Below, piece by piece: positions 50,817 through 59,125 of a DNA stretch of 64,000 bases. The DNA lies in contig OZ220493.1 in the NCBI GenBank assembly GCA_965116205.1, positions 2,613,072-2,677,071 of the forward strand. Reading direction: 5' to 3'. This DNA comes from Arenicellales bacterium. GTDB lineage: Bacteria > Pseudomonadota > Gammaproteobacteria > Arenicellales > JAJDZL01. Position numbers and translations under genes: made by a program. The notes below the pieces were generated by a model, which saw only the letters and a list, made by a program, of their open reading frames with translations, was not told where the DNA came from and searched no databases. Each line of letters opens with the position of its first letter. Position 1 is the stretch's first letter.

Positions 50817-51773
50817 TTACATGGCCATGGTCCAAGCTTTCCAAGTGGATTCATTTTCTTTCAACCACTCGGCAACAACATCCTCGATCGAATGTCCTTC
50901 CAAGTCAACTTTAATGATCAAAGCTGCCATGGTGTCATTGTCAATGGTGAAATTACGGATGGCTTGATAGGCTTTGGGCCATTTCTGTTCGCCGCCAGCC
51001 CAACCGACCGCTTTGATCCAACCTCTGGGTTTGCCGCAATCGTACGCCATGTTTGGATTGCTCCCCCAAGATGGGTCGTTGTAACATTCGTCGGTATAGC
51101 GAGGAAACTCAACCCACTCACCTTCATATTTGGCCGGTGCCCAATGCGGTGCATAGACCCAAGCCAGAATTGGCGCCTGACGTTGGTAAGCCGATTCGAT
51201 CTCGCCGAACAGTGCCGCATCGGTTCCGGCATGCACGACTTCGTAATTCAGTTGCAAAGATTCGGCACGCTCATCGTCATAGCCGCTCCATGTCACCGGA
51301 CCACCAAGGTAGCGGCCTTTCGGGTGTGTTTCGGGAGTGGCAAATGCTTCAGCACAGTCATTCAGTGCAGTCCAGTCGGGTAGACCCGGGCATTTTTCTT
51401 TCATGTAAAGTGGATACCACCATTCTTCGATGGCATGCATACCGGTTTCACCGAGATCAACTGTATTACCGGTCGCCAGCGAGGCTTCAAGCGCATCTTT
51501 ACCGGTTGTTTCCCAAATTTCTACCGCAACGTGCAGGTCGCCGGATTCCAACCCGACGAATTGAGCAATGTAGTCAGCAGGCACATACTCTACACTGTAG
51601 CCCATTGACTTTAGCATTTCACCAACCAAAGTTGCGGTAATGAACTGACCGGTCCAGTCATGCCAGGTGATTTTGATTGGATCGGTAGACTCCACTTCAG
51701 CAGATGTAGACGGAGCATAGGTGAACAATGCCACCGTCGCCGCAAAAATTGTGTTACGGAATATTGTTTTCAT
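50817..51773 (-). CDS. Periplasmic substrate-binding protein, glycine betaine/choline (ProX) type
   Basis: Signal peptide MKTIFRNTIFAATVALFTYAPSTSA-E from ATG 51773 (the ORF track extends to 51800). Trp-rich ProX-like body. Confidence 0.8.
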   Translation of the reverse strand: MKTIFRNTIFAATVALFTYAPSTSAEVESTDPIKITWHDWTGQFITATLVGEMLKSMGYSVEYVPADYIAQFVGLESGDLHVAVEIWETTGKDALEASLATGNTVDLGETGMHAIEEWWYPLYMKEKCPGLPDWTALNDCAEAFATPETHPKGRYLGGPVTWSGYDDERAESLQLNYEVVHAGTDAALFGEIESAYQRQAPILAWVYAPHWAPAKYEGEWVEFPRYTDECYNDPSWGSNPNMAYDCGKPRGWIKAVGWAGGEQKWPKAYQAIRNFTIDNDTMAALIIKVDLEGHSIEDVVAEWLKENESTWKAWTMAM

Positions 51774-51824
51774 TTCAAATGGTCTCCTGATTAGTGACAA
51801 ATAAGACGGTTAATTCTATGATTA

Positions 51825-52778
51825 TTATTCGAACATTTCACGATATCGTTGCCAATTGGTTTCAAAACGGGTACGATTCATGTTAGTATAGCCAGTGTAT
51901 CCGGGTTCTTGATCGGGATAGAGATCAGTCATGGAAGCCGCAACGTTGTCACTATCCAAATCAGAAGTCACTTCCTGCACCATTCCCCACATATATTCGC
52001 GTAGATTCAAGGCTAGTTTGAATGCAGTCAGTTGCCGCCTGATACTGTCATTGACCCGACCATAATACATTTCGAATAGCTCTGCTTCAGACGCCTCGCT
52101 CATGTCTGCATTACAGCTGACGCCGACCAGATCAAACATCGGATGCCCATATCCACCGTAATCCCAGTCGATCAACCAGATTTTGCCATCATCATCAAAC
52201 ATAAAATTCTGTGGCACGGTATCGTTGTGTGTGAAAACCGGTGTGTAGGGTGCCACCGTTGCTTCGATTAAATTGTTCGTGCGGTTAATTCCTGGTAGCA
52301 GGTCAGACAGACGCGACTGTTTTTTCAAGCCAATGGCTACATAATTGCGGATGACTTGAAATGGCCAAAAATAGGTCAGTGCGCCACGCACGGAATTTGA
52401 ACCGCGGTGGAGCCTTTTGAGAGCATCAGTAATTTTCTGTAGATTTTCTGAATTTCCTTGCAAATCTTCCATGCGCAGACATCCGCCTGGGACAAATTCC
52501 ACAATAGCAAGACCAGGTTCGGCATGGCGAATCTGTGGACTGACGTCAATATCGGCAGCAGCGATCATAGCTGCCTGGACTGAAGTCTGGATAATACCGT
52601 GAACCGGAATATCCATTCCGATTCTGGCAACAGCACGACCGTCGCTGTCAGTCACTACAAAACTTCGGTTGCATAATCCGCCAAATAATGGTGTCACCTG
52701 AATGTTACCATTCCAGCATTTCAGGCTACGCAGGTAGTCAAAAATTCTGTCGTCATTCCACTTCGGGTCAAAGCTCAT
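51825..52778 (-). CDS. Choline/ethanolamine-kinase-like phosphotransferase (APH fold)
   Basis: GGLCNRSFVV nucleotide loop and HNDTVPQNFMF...IWLIDWDYGG Brenner/catalytic motifs. Confidence 0.75.
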   Translation of the reverse strand: MSFDPKWNDDRIFDYLRSLKCWNGNIQVTPLFGGLCNRSFVVTDSDGRAVARIGMDIPVHGIIQTSVQAAMIAAADIDVSPQIRHAEPGLAIVEFVPGGCLRMEDLQGNSENLQKITDALKRLHRGSNSVRGALTYFWPFQVIRNYVAIGLKKQSRLSDLLPGINRTNNLIEATVAPYTPVFTHNDTVPQNFMFDDDGKIWLIDWDYGGYGHPMFDLVGVSCNADMSEASEAELFEMYYGRVNDSIRRQLTAFKLALNLREYMWGMVQEVTSDLDSDNVAASMTDLYPDQEPGYTGYTNMNRTRFETNWQRYREMFE

Positions 52779-52849
52779 TTTGGTTTCATTTAGAAGTAAG
52801 CTGTATTGTTTATATTGATGAAAAATAGTTTTCTTGTAAAGACATTTTT

Positions 52850-54040
52850 CTAACGATCAAACAGATTCTGCAGTCGATCCATGGCTTTCTCAATGGTCTC
52901 CATGCCGGTAGCAAAGGATAAGCGAATATATCCATCTCCACCAAATGCACTGCCGGGAACAACGGCGACTTCCGCTTCATTCAAGATGTATCGAGCTAAT
53001 TCAACATCAGAGTTGACACCATCGGTCGAGTCAATGATGGTTCGACAGTCCGGAAAAGCATAGAACGCGCCATCTCCTGTCAAGCAATTCACGCCAGGTA
53101 TTTCGTTCAGTCGGGCAACAATAAAGTCATGCCGTTTTTTGAACTGTTCGGTCATCATCGTGATCGAATCCTGCGGTCCGTTCAATGCTTCTACCGCTGC
53201 CGCCTGAGCAATGGAGTTGGGGTTTGATGTAGTCTGGGACTGAATTTTGCGCATCGCGGCAGTTAACTCTTCATTGGCAGCTGCAAAGCCAATGCGCCAG
53301 CCGGTCATTGCATACGCTTTGGAAACACCATTCACCACAATCGTCCGGTCCTGCAGTTCTGAACAAGCATTGACAATGTTGCAAAATGGCTCATCGGACC
53401 ACAAAATGTGTTCATAGATGTCGTCGGTTACCACGTACACATGCGGTTGCTCAAGTAGCACTTCTGCCAAGGCAAGCAGTTCTCGTTTGGTGTAGGACAC
53501 TCCCGTGGGGTTGCATGGACTGTTGAGCATGACTAACCGTGTGCGACTGGTAATGGCCGCGCGCAACTGGTCCGCGTGCAACTTAAAACCCTGCTCAATG
53601 TTGGACTTTACAATAACCGGCCGCCCTCCGCAAAGCAATGTCAGGTCAGGATATGAAACCCAGTAAGGTGCGGCAATGATCACTTCATCGCCTTCGTCAA
53701 TCAATGCGGTCAATACGTTGAACAGGCTCTGTTTGGCGCCGGATGATACGACGATATTCTTTGGCGTATAAGTCAAACCGTTTTCGCGTTGAAACTTATC
53801 AGCGATTGCTGATTTCAACTCAGGGGTGCCATCCGCCGGTGTGTATTTGGTCTTGCCATTCTGCATGGCTACGATAGCCGCCTGTTTGATGTTTTCCGGT
53901 GTGTCAAAATCCGGTTCCCCGGCCCCTAACCCAATGACGTCGCGACCAGCGGCGCGCAGTTCGCCAGCCAATGTAGATACGGCTATCGTTGCCGATGGTT
54001 TTATCGCATTGACGCGCGACGAAAGTCGTATTGCACTCAT
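52850..54040 (-). CDS. Class I pyridoxal-phosphate aminotransferase (aspartate aminotransferase type)
   Basis: 396 aa with LNSPCNPTG and VNGVSKAYAMTGWRIG (PLP lysine) motifs. Confidence 0.9.
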   Translation of the reverse strand: MSAIRLSSRVNAIKPSATIAVSTLAGELRAAGRDVIGLGAGEPDFDTPENIKQAAIVAMQNGKTKYTPADGTPELKSAIADKFQRENGLTYTPKNIVVSSGAKQSLFNVLTALIDEGDEVIIAAPYWVSYPDLTLLCGGRPVIVKSNIEQGFKLHADQLRAAITSRTRLVMLNSPCNPTGVSYTKRELLALAEVLLEQPHVYVVTDDIYEHILWSDEPFCNIVNACSELQDRTIVVNGVSKAYAMTGWRIGFAAANEELTAAMRKIQSQTTSNPNSIAQAAAVEALNGPQDSITMMTEQFKKRHDFIVARLNEIPGVNCLTGDGAFYAFPDCRTIIDSTDGVNSDVELARYILNEAEVAVVPGSAFGGDGYIRLSFATGMETIEKAMDRLQNLFDR

Positions 54041-54264
54041 AGATAGAATGACCTCGTAAGCTTATACTGAACGAATAATAAAAGTAAAACACAATTGAAT
54101 TTTACGGCATCTACATGTTGATTGTTCTATCCAATTGCGCTGATGTGTTTCAATGAGTATATCCGAGATTTTCCATATTGTTCGCCGCTTAAAATTAAGG
54201 TATTACCAAAAACATTCACATACTACTACATACAAAAATTACAAATTTACAAAAAAGTTAAAGT

Positions 54265-55432
54265 TTATCCACCGGCGGCAACGGTTCGCTGCCGCTGATG
54301 AAATTGTGCTTCATAATCGTTCGGACTTAGGTGACCCAGCGCGGAATGCAGCCGCTCCAAATGGTAACACCGATCGATGTAATCATACCACTTCGTGCGC
54401 ATCGACTCAAAACTCTCCAACGCCCCACCGACCGGCAACTCGCGCTGGATGGTTGTAAACACTGACTCCGCCGCCGCATTGTCATAACTGTTCCCAATCC
54501 GACCCACCGACTGCTCAATACCCTGCTGCTCGCAGTACGACCGATAACGGTCACTGAGGTATTGCACGCCCCGATCCGAATGATGAATCACACCTGCTAC
54601 CGGACGATAACTGCCTGCCTGCCGCAACGCCTGCAGCATCAACTCGGTATCGTGGCTGCGACTGAAACTGCGACCGATGATGCGCCGCGAACCGGCGTCC
54701 ATCACCACTGTCAGATAGCCAAAACCCTCGGTCACCCGAATGTAGGTCGAGTCCGCCACCCACCACTGGTCCGGCTGCGACCGATGGAAATCTCGACACA
54801 CCCGAGATCCGCCGGGGCAAAGGCATCACCCGACCGCGTGGTGAACACTTTGCGCCGCCACGTGCGATCCGCCAGACCACACGCCCGCATCAGCCGGGTC
54901 ACCCGCCGTAAGCCCTGCCCCGGCCACTCATGCCGTAACTGTGCCGCCACCCGCCGAACACCATCACGACCGCCAGAATCTGCATGCACGGTGCGAATCC
55001 GCTGCGTCAGATGCTCGTCCTCAACCCGGCGTGCCGAAGACTGCTTCGCCCGCCATTGGTAAAACGCGCGCCGACAGACCTGTAATACTCGACACATCGC
55101 GGTCACTGTGAATCCGGCCTGATTCTCCAGCATGAGTTGATACACGACTACCTGCTCAGCTCGACTGCGTGCCCCTTTTTCGCGAACCAGACTGCTACTT
55201 TTCCAGGATGTCCCGATCCTCCTGCAACTGCTGATTTTCTTGCCTCAGGCGACGATTCTCCTCTCGCAAGTCCGCGTCACTACCGTTGGTTTCCAACAGC
55301 GCCCGCTTCCACTGGTGCAGCGTCTGCACCGACGGCTCATGCTCGCGGGCCAACTGCAACACCGGCACCCTGGCACGCAACCGCTCCTCAATCATCTTGC
55401 CGGAACTCGGCTGTATAGCGTTTCTTTTTCAT
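54265..55432 (-). mobile_element. Degenerate IS3-family element (orfA/orfB both frameshifted); ends not identified
   Basis: orfA starts MKKKRYTAEF (ATG 55432, preceded by GAGGAGG) and shifts frame after ~12 codons into ...VLQLAREHEPSVQTLHQWKR...LQEDRDILEK. The orfB N-part (54732-55145) and the rve/DDE core (54265-54801, ...WVADSTYIRV...HSDRGVQY...) are in different frames. GC-rich relative to the flanks. Confidence 0.8.
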
Positions 55433-55622
55433 GGCATGTTACCTCCTCACTTTTTAGTTTATCATGTGTGACCCAAAGTGAATACATTCCAAGTGAAAAT
55501 CGCTAGATTTATTTTCAATTCGGAATAAATACCATGACCATGAATGCACCGGGAAAGCACTTTCGCGTTACTGCTGGCGTCGCACCGGAACGAAATGACA
55601 GCATTGCAAGTGAAAGAATACG

Positions 55623-56303
55623 GTGATGCGACTGAATAAAGTGAAGATTGGAGATTATGTTCGTCCGGTGGGTATCATTCCCAATGACAACGGCAGCAAG
55701 GTGCGTTTTATGGGTACCGCATTCGGGGCGCAGAGACCCGGACTCGTGGTGACGGCGAAGCACGTTGTTGGTAACACGCCCTTGGATCGCATCTACCTTG
55801 AAAGCAAGGGGAAGAGGCTTCAAAAGCCGTGCGAAGTCCGATGTCATCCGTCTGAGGACATCGCCGTCCTGAACTTCGCCAACAAGGATGTCACGTCATT
55901 TTTCACTATTGCCTCACCACCTGACGCCATGGAAGATTTTTACCTGGGAACCGATGTTCAGTCCTATGGTTATCCTTCCAAAGTGGAAGGTCCTTGCTCG
56001 GTTTCATTGGAACCGAGCTTGATAAAGGGAAGCATGCAACGCATGGTTGGCAATGAATATGAATTCAGTTTTCCGGTTTACGAGGGTCAAAGTGGATCAC
56101 CGGTACTTCTGGTTGATGACGTCGAAAAGGTGATGGCCATGCTTGTCCGAAATGTTGATCAGGAAAGACCCATTGACTGGTCTAGGGATACGGGTCCAGA
56201 CGACCTCCCTTTAAGAACGACCAGCAGGATTGTCAGTTACGGCTTCGGCTTGGCCTTATGGCGTTTCAGGGACTGGATTCAAGCGGGTGAAGATTCAGCT
56301 TGA
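55623..56303 (+). CDS. Trypsin-like (chymotrypsin-fold, S1) serine protease without a signal peptide
   Basis: Triad in H-D-S order: VVTAKHVV, SEDIAVLNF, YEGQSGSPVLL. 226 aa. Starts GTG 55623 / ATG 55626. Confidence 0.7.
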   Translation: MMRLNKVKIGDYVRPVGIIPNDNGSKVRFMGTAFGAQRPGLVVTAKHVVGNTPLDRIYLESKGKRLQKPCEVRCHPSEDIAVLNFANKDVTSFFTIASPPDAMEDFYLGTDVQSYGYPSKVEGPCSVSLEPSLIKGSMQRMVGNEYEFSFPVYEGQSGSPVLLVDDVEKVMAMLVRNVDQERPIDWSRDTGPDDLPLRTTSRIVSYGFGLALWRFRDWIQAGEDSA

Positions 56304-56646
56304 CCCCAAGTGCAGGTCCTCAATCTGTTCCACCACGCGGTGGCATCGCTGACGCCGGCTGTTCAAGACCGCGCACGCGACCACCTTGGTGTACCGGGGT
56401 CGAAGGCTTGGGGAACGCCACCTGACCGCGCCGCTCCAACTCATTGAGCGCCGACTGGCAACTGCTGGTGCGACAACGACCGCGGGCATCAACAACCCCA
56501 AACTCTCCTGACACACCCGGCGGGTCACCGCCAAACGGCTGTTGAACTGCTCTTGGGCCAACAATGAGATCAGCCGTCGCAGGCTCGCCGGCTGTTTCAG
56601 CGTGGCTAGTATGGACTGTGTCGCAAACATAAAACATAGCATACAT
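56295..56646 (-). pseudogene. GC-rich fragment resembling the N-terminus of DUF4338-type proteins, with two frameshifts and truncated
   Basis: Joining two frames gives ...SRLAVTRRVCQE/FGVVDARGRCRTSSCQSALNELERRGQVAFPKP/RPRYTKVV.... This pattern is recalled from DUF4338 N-termini (..LSRLVCE.L.W....G.LK.MSCRVALL.ME..G.I.LPPP). It abuts the protease stop codon. Confidence 0.35.
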
Positions 56647-56971
56647 CCTGTTTTTTTGTTTTGTTAAGCTCTATTTGTGTGCAAATGGTAGGTCATGCCT
56701 AGACGATGAATGTTCCGTCGACAAGCTGACGAAAGCGCCGAGGTATTCGGGTTGGACAGTGGCAAATAGTGGCCCGTATTGATTGGACAGTAAAATCTTG
56801 GAAAAACCATGGAACCATGGCGTTCAGAGATAATAAATGAATGAAAATAAAAAATAATACAGAAATACTGATGGACTGAAATGAAGACCAATCGGTAGTC
56901 AAGTCAGGAATTCTAAATCAAGACCATGGATTTTTAATCAGTGGAGGTTTTCATGTCGGTATATATTTGAA

Positions 56972-58738
56972 GTGAATTTTGGAGTGACCATAAGCGACGA
57001 TAACATTAGGCAGCGATTGCATTTAGGCGAGGATAGTGTCTGGGAAATTAAGCAACTGGTCTTCAATGGTGACCGCCTGAAGAGTTCGAGTCGAGATGAC
57101 CTAGCGGACGAGATGGCTGCCTTTGCTAATGCAAATGGTGGCTTTCTTCTTTGCGGCATCGCTGATGATGGTCATATTCAGGGAATGACCTCAAAACAGA
57201 TGGTAGCAGTCAGTAACCTGTTGGTTGAGTTAAGCAGGGATGCAATCAAACCGGCACTCACCATAGAAGTTCATCACCGGGAACTTGATGGGAAGAAGTT
57301 TGTACTCGCCAAAGTGCCACGCGGCGACACTGTTCACGAACGAGATGGGCGAGCATTTGTCCGCGTCGGTCCAACCAAACGACCGTTGGGTGACGATGAG
57401 CGTCTGAGACTTGCACAGAAACGTGGACAAAACCGCTATCTGTGGTTCGACCAACAAATCGTACCCAATACAGGTTTCAATACGCTTGATGAGAGATTGT
57501 GGGAACCTTTGCTTAGCGTGGCTGGTGCACGCAACCCTCGGAAAGGATTGTTGAATCTGGGAATTTTAGCCGAAGATGAATTTGAAGTAGAGCGTGCGAC
57601 GGTTGCAGGAGTACTGTTTTGTACCAAATCACCGCAAGAGTGGTTACCTCAAGCTGAGATTATTGCAACCTACTATCGCGGGGAAAACCGTGCATCTGAG
57701 CAATTGGATGCACAGAAAATAGGAGGTCCACTTCCTCTTCAGATAGAAGAGGCTGTGAAGTTCGTAATACGGAATATGCGTGTTGCTGCGCGCAAGTTAC
57801 CAGCGCGAGAAGACATGCCACAATATAGCAGTAAGGCTATATTCGAAGCGGTAGTTAATGCTGTTGTCCATCGTGATTACTCCATGTCTAAACGCCGAAT
57901 TCGACTGTCAATGTTCAAAGGACGACTTGAGATAGACTCACCTGGAGACCTTCCCAGTGGAATGACCATTGAAGGTATGGAAACAAGTCAAGTAACACGC
58001 AATGAAGTTATCGCTTCCATTTTTGGACGAATGCTTGTTGACGACATCCCCGGAGCAAGTACTCGTCGATATTTCATGGAGCTTCGAGGAGATGGCGTGT
58101 CCGTCATCAAGCGGGAGACTCAGAAAGTTGTAGGTGGTCTACCCCAGTACAAAGTCAATGATAAGAGCAATCTCGTGCTGAGTATTCCAGCGGCTAATCT
58201 TGTGTTGAGTCCCGCAGACTCCACAGTAACAATACACTCAGGCGGAATACCTCTTTCAGGCGTTGATGTTTTAGCACTTTTTCCCAACAGTACTTGGCAA
58301 CGAGCGACAACCGAGGAAGGAGGGGAGGCAACTCTTAATTTATACACAACGCATCTTCCGATGATTGTCTTTGCTGCGACACCGGGATATAGCGGCGGAG
58401 TGAAACACGGATGGCTACCGAATCAGGGTGGTCTACTTATGGAACTGAACAGTCTTTCGCCTGGAGGTGCCGCAATCTTTCCTATTTCTGACGGACATCT
58501 ACCTGGGTTACACGGACGACTCAACCCGATACGGGACACCTACGACCGAACCTATATGTATGCCGATAATATTGCCATAGAGGAGGGCCGTCAACAACCG
58601 GTAATCTTCCGTTTGAGTAAACAACTGAAACTGACGGATGCGTATGGTTACGAGTTATACGTAACCGTTATCGACATCGTTGGTCGTTCCGTTTTGGTGG
58701 AGTATCGAAGAGATATTGATCCCGATTCTTCGCAATGA
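56972..58738 (+). CDS. AlbA_2 (Schlafen-like) + HATPase_c_4 domain protein with an uncharacterised beta-rich C-terminal region
   Basis: N-terminus GEDSVWEIK...MAAFANANGGFLLCGIADDGHIQGM (AlbA_2). Mid region AIFEAVVNAVVHRDYS...RLEIDSPGDLP (HATPase_c_4). The last ~190 aa have no HTH-like pattern. GTG start. Confidence 0.7.
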   Translation: MNFGVTISDDNIRQRLHLGEDSVWEIKQLVFNGDRLKSSSRDDLADEMAAFANANGGFLLCGIADDGHIQGMTSKQMVAVSNLLVELSRDAIKPALTIEVHHRELDGKKFVLAKVPRGDTVHERDGRAFVRVGPTKRPLGDDERLRLAQKRGQNRYLWFDQQIVPNTGFNTLDERLWEPLLSVAGARNPRKGLLNLGILAEDEFEVERATVAGVLFCTKSPQEWLPQAEIIATYYRGENRASEQLDAQKIGGPLPLQIEEAVKFVIRNMRVAARKLPAREDMPQYSSKAIFEAVVNAVVHRDYSMSKRRIRLSMFKGRLEIDSPGDLPSGMTIEGMETSQVTRNEVIASIFGRMLVDDIPGASTRRYFMELRGDGVSVIKRETQKVVGGLPQYKVNDKSNLVLSIPAANLVLSPADSTVTIHSGGIPLSGVDVLALFPNSTWQRATTEEGGEATLNLYTTHLPMIVFAATPGYSGGVKHGWLPNQGGLLMELNSLSPGGAAIFPISDGHLPGLHGRLNPIRDTYDRTYMYADNIAIEEGRQQPVIFRLSKQLKLTDAYGYELYVTVIDIVGRSVLVEYRRDIDPDSSQ

Positions 58739-59125
58739 ATATGAATGGTGAATCATACATATCCTACCTAAAGGTGATGCCTGACAGTCATACGAATGGC
58801 TATATTGGCCCCGCTGAATGACATCTCAAATTGATAATATTCTTCGTGGCGAACACCAGTGCGACGAGCACAGTCTCAACTCATCCTTCATTTCGATTAA
58901 AACATCATAAAATCATATATCCTGTCGAATATATTGTCTATCACGAGTTATTGGACATTGATTCTCAACTAAATTTAAAATCAGAATCGTGGATTTCGAC
59001 GACCTTGAACTTTATTAGTCGGCTCATTCAGCGATCATCAAATTCCGATGCTTTCGTTGCCATATTCAGTTCAATGGATATGTCATTCGGAATAATACAC
59101 TCAAGACCCAATCAAATAGTTCAAA

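Noticed and set aside
54153-55506. Plus-strand ORFs across the IS3 remnant (54153-54458, 54562-55062, 55137-55418, 55240-55506)
   Set aside because: They are antisense shadow frames of the GC-rich IS3 orfA/orfB sequence, with Arg/Pro/Ala-rich translations and no motifs.
56665-56690. AAGCTCTATTTGTGTGCAAATGG next to the DUF4338-like fragment, resembling an IS1595-type terminus
   Set aside because: Only the GCTCTATT core and a few further bases match. No inverted partner was found between 58739 and 59125.
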